A DNA stretch of 63,547 nt, the filler included, from Lenisia limosa (taxonomy: Eukaryota > Protista > Breviatea), in the NCBI GenBank assembly GCA_001655205.1. It is 16 parts of 16 records of this genome, joined end to end, with 100 filler letters (N's around TTAATTAATTAA, not from the genome) between each part and the next. Parts side by side here need not be neighbours in the genome. Positions count along the whole stretch, not along the records: positions 25,584 to 26,755 come from LPNZ01006745.1; positions 26,856 to 31,271 come from LPNZ01001971.1; positions 31,372 to 33,885 come from LPNZ01000616.1; positions 33,986 to 36,503 come from LPNZ01009697.1; positions 36,604 to 44,747 come from LPNZ01000699.1; 11 more parts are not named here. One strand, given 5' to 3'. Under the pieces are notes generated by a model. That model saw nothing but the letters and a program-made list of their open reading frames with translations, was not told the origin of the DNA and searched no databases. Positions 25,777-36,866 of the stretch are shown one piece after another. The stretch's first letter is position 1. The number at the start of each line of letters is the position of its first letter. The translations under genes and the position numbers were made by a program.

Positions 25777-26679
25777 GTGGTGAATGTGACCGACTCGATT
25801 TCCCTCAATCACAATTGGTTCAATGGTGCGAACTTTGGCTTTGTCGCCCAGGTTAGCAAGCCTCCTTTAACTCTTTGTATTGTATTTTGCAAATGATGGG
25901 TTACTATGAAGGACTTTTTTATCTCTCACTCCCTCATACCCCTCCTCACATCCATCTTGCTTATAATTTCTACTTATTTATAACAAAATATAAACACTGC
26001 GATTTCTTAACCCGACAGACACTTTTCGATACCTATGATCTTGTGCTGGAGGGCTTCAAGGTGGGTGCTCTAAGGGTTGTGAAATGAGGACTGGAAGTCC
26101 GACAGTATTTGAGAATATACCTGGTGCTTTAAAAGTCTAAGTAGTGTTTCTTTTGGTTCAGTTAGAACCAGTAAAAGCTTAATTCATAATGAGTTTAGTT
26201 TCTCACGCGATTTTAACAGTCCACTGTGGCAGAAAGTGAAGTCCAGTTCTTACGATTTCAGGACATGTACTGCGGCACCGGGCCTTCGTGGGATGAACAG
26301 GTTCGTTGAACCGCTATAGTAGTTTTTGCCCGAACAAAGGCCAGATAATTACTCGTTTTCAATTTCTCATTTCGATTTGAAAATATCTGATATGTATTCA
26401 TAACAATTTCAGCTTGAGGCGGTACTTTGCGCAGACGCGGCGCTCAACCACGCAGATCTCATTTCCATCTGCCAATGGGCAATTTCAAGGGCATATTTAA
26501 TCTTAGTGGGGGGTGAATGTTTTATCACAATCCTGGACTCTTTCCTCAACAAAACTTACCGTTTAGGACCCGAATAGGCCCCTCACCGTCGAGGTTCCAG
26601 ATAGTCGTAGTAAGACCAATCTAAAAATCTCCTTCTCTCAGTCACTCCCCTCTACTGCCGCAACTAAAGCCCTTGCTAA
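25777..26679 (+). CDS. JMJD4: JmjC 2OG/Fe(II) oxygenase, JMJD4-like, 3' part
   Basis: VVNVTDSISLNHNWFNGAN closely resembles the JMJD4 motif V.N..DTISINHNW.NG.N; downstream SWDEQLEAVLCADAALN fits the C-terminal helices. Confidence 0.65.
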
Positions 26680-26910
26680 GTGGGGGGATGGGGTATTATC
26701 ATTGTATAAAAATTTCAAACCTTTTGTCATGGAATCCCCCCCCCCCCTATGAGCTNNNNNNNNNNNNNNNNNNNNNNNNNNNNNNNNNNNNNNNNNNNNT
26801 TAATTAATTAANNNNNNNNNNNNNNNNNNNNNNNNNNNNNNNNNNNNNNNNNNNNGTTAAAAATCAAGACGGTTTGGCACCGTAGCAAAGCTGAACTTAA
26901 AATATATCTA

Positions 26911-26990
26911 GGGCTTAATATGGCTGAATTCCTCGAAATCATCGAAAGCTGTCGATATTTTAACGGTCTTTCCGAACCGCAGGGAAGCCC
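26911..26990. mobile_element. MITE family A copy
   Basis: TA-GGGCTT...CCGCAGGGAAGCCC, core inverted. Confidence 0.65.
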
Positions 26991-27000
26991 TCATAATACC

Positions 27001-28859
27001 CGGGGATGTGGCAAATAAAGCATCGACCCTCTTACCGAGGGATATCCTCCTGTTGACACGCCAGCAAGCTCAGTGGAAACTTCAATATGATCCTGGGGGG
27101 TAAAATATGAAACAACAGACAAAAGAGAGAATCAAAATGGAAACCTCAACATGATCCTGGGAGTGGAAAATCTAAATCTACATGGTGGACACTTAATGGA
27201 ACAAAAAAATAAAAAATGAAAGGGGGGGGGGGNNNNNNNNNNNNNNNNNNNNNNNNNNNNNNNNNNNNNNNNNNNNNNNNNNNNNNNNNNNNNTAAAACG
27301 AAGGAAATTAAATATGATCCTGAGGGTGAAAATGTACAAAACATAGCATTAAAAAAAACTAAGAACACAACAGTGAGCATTTGGGAAACACACAAGGGTT
27401 ATAACAACAAAACAAACAAAGCCGGAGGTTAGATAAAATCTTTCTGGACACAATAAACAAAGCAGGTATAATTCAATCACCGTTTGAAAGACGACCACAT
27501 AATGTTACAGAACAGCAAAATCAACCGGCGGGGGTAATAATATATCATGAACAATAAAAGTGAAATGCAATTAAAAACGCACAGTATCATTTGTAAAAAG
27601 TGTGGAAAATGCAGCAAACAGAATCCAGTGAGTGGCAAAAGCGGCATCAAAACTAACACTCAGAACAAACAACTGGTTCCTGAAAACAAAAATGGAACAG
27701 TGAACGAATGATGAATCCTTGAGACAAAAAGGCTCCCAGTCTTCAACACTGGAAATCAAAAAGATGGGCAAATGATATAAAGGGGAAAAGAGAAGTTTAG
27801 TGTTCACTTAATTGCAGCCAAAAAAAAGTTCAACAGCGATAAGTTAATCCAGTCAGGACTTATCGCGGTCACTGTACGATAGAGAAAAATGTGCTAAAAA
27901 CCCATGAGAATCACACAAACTTTGTCCTTCAATACGATAAGTAAGGTCGGGGTGTTTATATCGTCTAAGAACTGGTCCAACATGGAGCTGGAGTTAAGCT
28001 GGGCCTCCACTTTTCGGATTTTGGACTTCTCCACCCCCAGGTGCAGTTGGACACTCCTGATAGATCAAAGATCCTCGAAAGTAGGGACTATTTTTAGGGC
28101 AATTATTTATATGAGGAAATTAAATGACAAAATTTGGCAAAGTGTCTGAAATGGAGTTCTCGTTACAATAAGTTCCACGTCAAATTTTGAAATTAATATT
28201 TCAATTAATTACATGGAGGGCTTCCCTCTGGTCCGAAAAGGATATCGATATTTATCGAGGTTTTATCGAGGTTTTATCGAGGTTTTCGGTCTTTTTTGAG
28301 ACCATAGGGAACCCCTTATTACACGGAGTACAATATATTAGAAACTGGAAACAGGCAAGCAATACACACAAAAAATATTCCCATCAAATTGATAATAGCA
28401 ACTTTAATCCCATTTCGGGGCTTCACTTCGGTCGAAAAAAAGGACTGAATTTCTCGATAAATCCTCGAAAACTATCGGTCTTTTTCGAACCGAAGTGAAG
28501 CCCTAATCCCATTCCCCTTATTCTTCTCTCTTCACCCCATATCTCCTTCAATCCTCCCCCTCCCCCCCAAGAACCAAAAACCTCAACAATATTCTTCTTT
28601 TATATGTTACACAACTATCACGATGAAAAACACTACTCAACGCCCACAGAGCAGCACAACAACACACAAAAACATAGCTAAAACACCATAGAACACAAAT
28701 AAAACACCACAGAAAACAAAAAACAAAAAAAAATACCGCCGAAACACAACTGAAACCGAACACAACCACGCTCAAGAAAAAGTGATCTAGGAGAGAGAGT
28801 AGAAGGGGCAATACTAACCTGAGGATGAAAAGCTTCCGTGAATCATCATCACTTCCCAT
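27001..28859 (-). CDS. Protein with a possible PAS domain, 5' part
   Basis: MGSDDDSRKLFILR|SVQL...LDQFLDDINTPTLLI|...QEDILGKRVDALF resembles the PAS pattern 'EELLGK.V..L'. Confidence 0.4.
28418..28503. mobile_element. MITE family A copy
   Basis: Perfect GGGCTTCACTTCGGT/ACCGAAGTGAAGCCC-TAA, core inverted. Confidence 0.8.
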
Positions 28860-29118
28860 TTTGCCTGTAGAAGAAGGCTGAGATCCCTCAGAGGTGGCCT
28901 GGGTTGAACAAACAGAGGAAACCAAAAACCAATAGAACTCTGTTTCTGTAAGCTACGTATAAGTTAACATAAACCAAACACAAATCTTCTCTCAATACAT
29001 TCTGTTTTTCGAGAGAATTTTTTTTTTGAAAATCGCAGTCAATTTTAAATTACTATTTTAGACAACTATAAAAAAGGTGTGATCCCTATTTTTATCAATA
29101 ATTTTAAGAAACAAAACA

Positions 29119-29946
29119 ATGTCAGGTGTTCGTAGTGAGCCTGACTTATCTCCAAGGGAATTACAAGAAGCAAAGCCAGCAGATGTCGAAGTTGAGATTT
29201 TCGAAGATGAAGCCAGCCCACAAGATTTGCAGAAAGCAAGGTCATCACCTGTCATGGAAATAAAGCGGAGGGCGAATCGTGCCAAATCGGTTGATGCCGA
29301 CAGTGGCGTCTACCCAACCCTGACGACCCGCTTTGAACAAGGACGTGTCAGCTACTCTGACGATGAAGAGGGTGGATTTCTGAGAAACGGCTCTTCTTGT
29401 GTTATGGTTGGCCGACTTTCATGGGTTCTCACTTTCAGGAAAAGCAAGTTTCGCTCTCAACATTTGTTCGCAAAGCTAGGGTAAGAGAAAATCGAGACGA
29501 TAACCCCATTAGTTGAATCATGACGCTTCCTACCAAAGCGCAGGCTCCTTCAAGTCCCACAACACTAGCCAGGTTTGCTGTTTACACTTCTAAATTAATG
29601 CCAACGCGCGAAACCATGTAAACAAGTCCAAGGCCCTCACTTTAGTAGCAAGGCGCAATCTTCAAGGCGTCGCAGTCAGCCAGCGGTCTCTCCAAGCGTC
29701 ACTGGAAAGTCTCCGTGCGGTGGCTTCTTCTCACATGGTGAGCTGGTGCACAGTCAATCCCACGGCTTCTTTCTAAGGGCAGCTCTCGTGATGTACCGTT
29801 TACTCACGACTATAACTTTTTTATGCTACTTTACTTCTATATGTTCCGGACCGAAATGCTTCTGTCGGCCCCTTTTCCCTTCCCGATTACTCTTCTTCGC
29901 CGTTCTCGCCTTTCTCCTTTTCAAATATGCAACACTGCTTGCTTAG
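29119..29946 (+). CDS. Hypothetical protein with a disordered N-terminus and hydrophobic C-terminus
   Basis: ATG at 29119; GT-AG exons join in frame and end ...LLFFAVLAFLLFKYATLLA-TAG. Confidence 0.45.
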
Positions 29947-30266
29947 CCTTTAAATGGAGGGCAGTGTCCTTTTTTCCTACTCCTATTTAAACTCGGACTG
30001 GATTTAAAATCTCAAAACTGGGCCCTGGTTCCATTTCAGTTTGTTGGGACCAGAGGGGTGGAAATGTCGGAACTGAAAATGCTTGGCGATTTTATCAGGA
30101 AAATGTGTGAAAGAATTCAAGTTTGATATTTTGTGTGCAATTTGAGTCTTTTTCACATAATTTCTGCCACAGTTCAATTGCAATTCTACACATATTCGCG
30201 TAATCATTTCACATAATTTCGCGCCACTTCTCACGTCACAGCTTCGCGCTCGCACTCATCGCCCTC

Positions 30267-31236
30267 ATGATTGGCCTGTCATACAGCGGGTACACGTCTT
30301 CGAAATACGCGGAATCCGAGAGCAAGGAGGCGTGTGAAGACTCGATCCTTGATCGGATCATGGCGGTACGGGGGGGGGGGGGGGNNNNNNNNNNNNNNNN
30401 NNNNNNNNNNNNNNNNNNNNNNNNNNNNNNNNNNNNNNNNNNNNNNNNNNNNNNNNNNNNNNNNNNNNNNNNNNNNNNNNNNNNNNNNNNNNNNNNNNNN
30501 NNNNNNNNNNNNNNNNNNNNNNNNNNNNNNNNNNNNNNNNNNNNNNNNNNNNNNNNNNNNNNNNNNNNNNNNNNNNNNNNNNNNNNNNNNNNNNATTATC
30601 GATAAATTCTGTCTTTTTGGAACCATAAGTCAAGCTCTACAACTTCATTTCTAAAGATCCAAAAAAGACCATTAATATTTTCGATACTTATTAAAGATTT
30701 ATCGATGTTTCAGTCTTTTCCGGAACCGTAGGGAAGCCCTTGAATGTGTATATTTATTTCTGGGGTATACACACCAGTTTTCTGAGACCTATTGACGGCT
30801 TAGACAAATGAGGAGATCTCCCTCGCGGTCAGAGATGTCACGCTGGAGCTTTTCAATGTGAGCCCGAATAAGTGATCCGAATAAATGTTCCGAATAATTG
30901 GTCCAAATAATTGGTCACTATCATTGGTCACTATAATTGATACGAATAATTGTTTGATATTATTTGACAGTAAAATTTTGTCAAAAGAGCAAGATAATGC
31001 CATCTAAAAAAAATAAACCAGTTTTTTCCGAATAGAGGACCAACCTTTCTGAATTTGATATCCGCAATATCATCATTGTCATTATCAATCATCATCATCA
31101 TCATCACCTCTACTATCATCATCATCACCATCACGCATTAGGGCGCGGAACAATCACTGAACACACTATCCGACGCCATGTCCTTTGGAGTGGGAGACCC
31201 CTCAAAATACGATACTGCTCTCTCTGTTATGTGGAG
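30267..31236 (+). CDS. Hypothetical protein, 5' part
   Basis: MIGLSYSG...DRIMA|TNEEISLAVRDVTLELFN|GAEQSLNTLSDAMSFG... in frame. Confidence 0.4.
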
Positions 31237-32118
31237 GTAAGGGGAGTGTATATATTCTTTCATGGTGGGGGNNNNNNNNNNNNNNNNNNNNNNNNNNNNN
31301 NNNNNNNNNNNNNNNTTAATTAATTAANNNNNNNNNNNNNNNNNNNNNNNNNNNNNNNNNNNNNNNNNNNNGAAAAAAGACTGAATTTCTCGATAAATCC
31401 TCGAAAACTATCGATATTTTACCGGTATTTTCCAAACCGAAGTGAAGCCCTAAGTGGAACCAATAATACTCTAGGACTCCATGGAATGTTGAGATGCGTA
31501 TTTGAAGTGGGTCATATAATGCAAATCTCCATTTCAGACACACAACTATTGCCTCAAAATATTATTTTCACATTTTGCACTAATTTTTGTGGTTCAATGA
31601 ATACCTATGATATTAACAAAAAAAGGCCAAGTTTCAGTGGAAATCAGGTACTATACCGTTGTCTTGCTGAGACCGTAGCAAAGCTCCTGATATTACCCAC
31701 CCTACCTGGGGTAACGGCGATGCTGCCGCCTGGAGACTTCGGAAGCACATTATAGGCTAAAGATATAACGAAAGAGGGGAAGACTGCTTCCAAATAACTA
31801 TGGGATCACAGCGTTCAAACAAAATAGAGCGAATGATGGGCGGGATTACTATTGGGTATGTAAGGGAGCAATATTTCATTGTTTTCGTTCGTATTTGAAT
31901 AATGTTAAGTGGAAATTTCACAATAACTATGGAATTATCAGAAAAAAACAACCATGTGCAAACTCTCTATTTTTAAAATTTCATCTATTTTGGAACAAAT
32001 TGAAGTACATGTATTCCAGTTTATGATGATGTGGACGGCTTCGTCTAGATACTACCTTGTTTTATTTCTCATTTCTTCATAGTATTTTGACCAATTGGAT
32101 AATTATAGTTCACAAGTG

Positions 32119-32206
32119 GGGCTTCCCTACGGTCCCCAAAAAAGACCAAATTTTTACCCGATAAATATCGATATTTTAACGGTCTTTTTGGACAGTAGGG
32201 AAGCCC
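32119..32206. mobile_element. MITE family A copy (CCCTAC subtype)
   Basis: GGGCTTCCCTAC...GTAGGGAAGCCC-TA; TTCACAAGTG present on both flanks. Confidence 0.75.
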
Positions 32207-32759
32207 TATTCACAAGTGTGAAAATGATCCAAACTGTGATATGATATTGACATTCTTACCTTAAAAAGGCGAACTGTTGAGGGGATGAGGCTCTGCATCA
32301 TTGACATTACTAACTAAATGCCAAGACTATCCAAATCTAAGACGTTCTTGCCTTTAGTTCTAATCTGTTAAAAGTTAATTAAATGGGAGGAAAGTGGCTG
32401 AACACTTGATATGTGACAGATGAGAGTGGGGAAAGAAAGGGTTTCTAATCCGGCGGTGACTGTTTGCTTAACAAGGGTTGCAACTGATTAAATGACGAGA
32501 TAATGTTCAATAAGATGCTGATATGAACTGTGATCAGAGTCGCGGAGGCTTCTCACCAAGACACTTGCCGTATATGGTAACCTGGATAATGACAATTTCG
32601 CGCCACGTAGACGCGCCGCAGCTTTGAAAGTTGTTTTCATGTCTTTCCTCGGCCTCTTAAGTGCCTATTTTATTTGGCAGTAGATTAATTAGCTTTTTAA
32701 TAAACAGAAAAGGACTCTAAGAGAGAAGTTACGAACAGTGCTTCCAGAACAGTCCCAAA

Positions 32760-35309
32760 ATGGGAGCTCTTCTTCGGTTGGTTGCTCCTGATCCCTTATT
32801 AACGCCTAGGTCTGAGGAGATGGAGCTGATTCAGCTGTTTGTTCAGGCTGAAGCGGCTCACGACACCATGGATGAACTTGGCAATCTTGGCTTCCTCGAG
32901 TTCAAGGATGTAGGTCGATTCCTTCCCTTTTTCTTCACTTAAAACACGTTCAAAGACCACATAGCGCCACATTCCCCTTGACATCACCCTTCCCTCGCTT
33001 AGTCGAGCTCTTCTCTGATCATGTAGAATAATGAGGATATCACTGCGTTTGCTCGGTCCTATGCTAATGAGGTTAAGCGCTGTGATGAATTGGTGGGTGG
33101 GGGGGGGGGGCTGGGTGTGAAAATGACCCAAGCAGTATTTGTTCAATTTGTTCATAGAACCAGTAAATTCTATTCACAATAAATTTTGATATAATTGATA
33201 GTTCACGATAAATATTGATTAATTCATGATATTTTTCGATATGTCTTTATCTGACCGGAGGGAAGCCCTAACCTTATACAAGCGTTAAGTTTCATTTTGT
33301 TATTTGAGACAGATTAAAGAGACAGTCAGTCATATTACACTTGTTATTCCAACAGTACTTTACGTTATTCAATCCCAATATCTCATATGAGCCTGATGGT
33401 GGACGGCTGCGATCAGAGACCATATTCCTTCACCTTGCATTATTTTACCAGTATATTTGCTCACATTTGTTAGGAACGTCGCATTCGCTACATTACGGGA
33501 CAGATTGAAGCCGGTGGAGCTAGTGAGGCGCGTGGACGGTGAGCGTCACTTCGAACAATTCTCAGCGTGTCATTATTAGGACTTCACTCCGGTCCGAAAA
33601 AGATCGGGGCTTTTATCGAAATATATCGAAATTTATCGACGAATTATCGAAATTTATCGACGATTTATCGAGAAATTTAGTCATTATCTGGATCGGAGTG
33701 AAGCCTAGGTATTATTTATTGGCAATAGAAAAGGTGAAGGCTTTGAACAGTCACTTCTTCGCCCATTTTAATCATTGCTTCGATGGCATGAAATAAAATA
33801 GAATCTTGGGGTACGCAATACATGGGGATAATCAATCCTGTTTGTCAACATGAACTCCAGCTACTTTCAAACATCTTGTTATCCTNNNNNNNNNNNNNNN
33901 NNNNNNNNNNNNNNNNNNNNNNNNNNNNNTTAATTAATTAANNNNNNNNNNNNNNNNNNNNNNNNNNNNNNNNNNNNNNNNNNNNAAAGCAAAAGGGTTA
34001 TGATTCTCATCTTTCTTTGATTTGGCTTGATTCGAATTTGCAGTCGCCTTTTGAGTAACTATTGGAGCCTTTCTTTATGTGTAAAGTGCATATTTTGTAC
34101 CAGTAGTTTGTTACAACGAGTATTGGGGTAACCACCTCCCCAGATTAAGTTCCCCCAAACCTTTGCCTGTTTGGAGTTCGGTGACAGAAAAGACATGCTT
34201 GAGGCCGCCAATTCAACTGAGCCCATTTGTGGCAATACGTGGGGGGGGGGGNNNNNNNNNNNNNNNNNNNNNNNNNNNNNNNNNNNNNNNNNNNNNNNNN
34301 NNNNNNNNNNNNNNNNNNNNNNNNNNNNNNNNNNNNNNNNNNNNNNNNNNNNNNNNNNNNNNNNNNNNNNNNNNNNNNNNNATAAAAAAAAACCCAAAAC
34401 CCCCAAGAAAAAAGGGGGGGGGGGCTGCGCTTTATTTACGATATTACATATTACTTACGCATTAGCGAAATCAAATTGACTCCGGTGATCGAAGAACCGA
34501 AGGTCATGAAACTCGAAGACCTTGACCATGGCATTTCAGTACTCCAGACCGAGCAGAAGACCCAGCTTGAGCTCGCCAGTTCAGGTATGGGGAGATAGTG
34601 GTCACCCCGCATTTAGAACCTGTCTGATGAGCAACTTACCATGTTTAGGAGACGCTGCTGCCCGTGCCGCCGCTGTGAAGAGATTCCAGGAAGTGTCAAC
34701 TGAGCTCAAGGTGGAGGGGTAGTAAGAAGCTTTAGAATGGGTAGGGAGATGGGAGAGTGCGTTACGATTCTTTGGATAGGATCCGCCTTCTGTTTTTGTT
34801 TAGTCTTATTAAACAATATTCATTTTCAAGTAACCGTCATATTTCATTGATTATTCTATACCTCGACTCACTCTTTAGGGCTTCCTTCTCAGGAAGAACG
34901 CTCTTATTAACGTCAAAAAATACCATCAGGTCAGAGGGTTACTGAATTCCTCTGGTTGAACGGATTTCGTATGGGTCAACTGACGACCCCATCATTCATT
35001 TTCATTTTCGTGATCTGAACCTTCACGCAATTATTCCCTTTCATTCCACATAGATCCGACAAGACGCAGTGAACCGCTCCACAGCCGCTAGAAAGGAGCT
35101 GGAGAGCCAGGCTGCTGCTGCGGTGGGGGGGTACTGTTTTTTTTTGTTCAGAAAAAGTACTTCATATCACTGCTTGATAATAATGCGATAATGTACCATG
35201 GTCCGCTTTGATAACCCTATGTCAATCCTGTTTTTATTATCCCTTCCATCTTCTCACTCCTCAGCCTGCCGACGCTGCTGAGGGATCAATGGATATCGAG
35301 GAGTATTAG
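32760..35309 (+). CDS. V-ATPase V0 subunit a, N-terminal part only (~180 aa, 8 exons, own stop codon)
   Basis: MGALLR|SEEMELIQLFVQAEAAHDTMDELGNLGFLEFKD|NNEDITAFARSYANEVKRCDEL|ERRIRYI is the subunit-a signature; ends ...MDIEEY-TAG at 35307-35309. Confidence 0.75.
33579..33705. mobile_element. MITE family A copy with internal TTATCGA expansion
   Basis: GGACTTCACTCCG...CGGAGTGAAGCC in a V-ATPase a intron. Confidence 0.7.
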
Positions 35310-35359
35310 GCACTCCTGCCCGTTTTCAAGGTTGTGTTTGTAGTGTATTGTGTTACGTC

Positions 35360-36503
35360 TGATTTACTGTTTTGTTTCTATCAAATGAGGGTCCCAACCT
35401 GCAGCTCTTGAGCCTTACTTTGGCTGTAAAGAGACATGAATGAACAAGATGCAGTTCATAGTGATAATGAATAGACACAATCAGAAGAAGGCAAGAAAAC
35501 TCGTGTCATCAAAAGTCGTAGATGTCATTTTAAAGATCCAAATTGCCAACACAATCTTTTTGATACGAATTTTTGCCTACACCATCTTTTGGTACCAAAT
35601 AAACGACTCAATAATTTATTCAGCCCTTCATCTGCGAATGAATAAAGTCACAGTTAGAGTATTGTACAACACTTTCAGAAACAAAAAGAACTGTATTGAA
35701 TCGACTAGANNNNNNNNNNNNNNNNNNNNNNNNNNNNNNNNNNNNNNNNNNNNNNNNNNNNNNNNNNNNNNNNNNNNNNNNNNNNNNNNNNNNNNNNNNN
35801 NNNNNNNNNNNNNNNNNNNNTGAGATCCTTCTCAAATCCTATCATATCACAAGCAGTACAAATTGATACGATATCTCCACGATATGACTCCTCCCGTCCC
35901 ACGAAGAATATACGCCAACACAGACACGGAGCTTTTCTGCGTGTTAGCGGAGGATGACGATAGTGAAATGGACTGGGTGAACTTTGATAAGGAGGCTTCT
36001 TCGGGGACCACTGGAGGGTGTCAACTTCGGAATTCAATGAGACGATACGCGGCTATGTCATATAAACACTTAAAAAATAACTTTAAAAACTAATCTCATT
36101 TCATAATATGAGAGTTTTGTATGATTAATGATAACAGTCTTTGTAACTCCTTAGCTCTTACCTAGGGAATCGAAAGCGTCAATACGCTCATCATTTGACT
36201 CGGGGTTTGGGTCCTTGTAGTGGAGGCGCGAGAGCTGAGTGGGTGAGACATGTCAAGTAGTATTGGTTATTATGCTGAAATGAGAAAGAGGACAGAGAGC
36301 AGTCAGACCAAAGCCATACACGAAAAAATGCTCATCTTGATGAATTCGTTGTTAAAGTGCCTTTTTAAATAGAGAGGAAAAATTTTTGGAACAAGAATCG
36401 GAACTCACTTACGAGAGATAAGAAGCGGGGGAGGTTTTCCGGCTGGGCCTTTTTGAACATTTCCGCCACCCAGGCACGGCAAATGACCACACCGGTTATG
36501 TCG
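35360..36503 (-). CDS. Hypothetical protein, 3' part, convergent with the V-ATPase a fragment
   Basis: Minus-strand exons ITGVVICRAWVAEMFKKAQ..., LSRLHYKDPNPESNDERIDAF, VVPEEASLSKFTQS, DEGLNKLLSRLFG. Confidence 0.3.
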
Positions 36504-36866
36504 NNNNNNNNNNNNNNNNNNNNNNNNNNNNNNNNNNNNNNNNNNNNTTAATTAATTAANNNNNNNNNNNNNNNNNNNNNNNNNNNNNNNNNNNNNNNNN
36601 NNNCCCCATTGAGATTAGTTTGGCAACAGCCACAAGTACAAGATAAGTTGGGGAGGTTGGTTAAGCGAACCGAGGAGGCGAAAACACCAAACAAGAACTG
36701 AAGTGAGCTTGGTGGATCGCCGACCTAATATGATGACTGTTGAATAGGGAATAACAATCAGATAATAATGGAATTGTATCCTGGGAATGCTAATTAAGAC
36801 AAGCAGATACACAGTAAGAAGGTAGTCTATAAACCTGGTTTCTAACCAACAAGATTCTGCATCAAG

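Noticed and set aside
35307-35330. Possible TAG readthrough or code reassignment in the V-ATPase a gene (Y*ALLPVFK|GT)
   Set aside because: TAG, TAA and TGA all terminate other genes here, no in-frame stops were needed in any reconstructed exon, and no downstream subunit-a-like exon was found.
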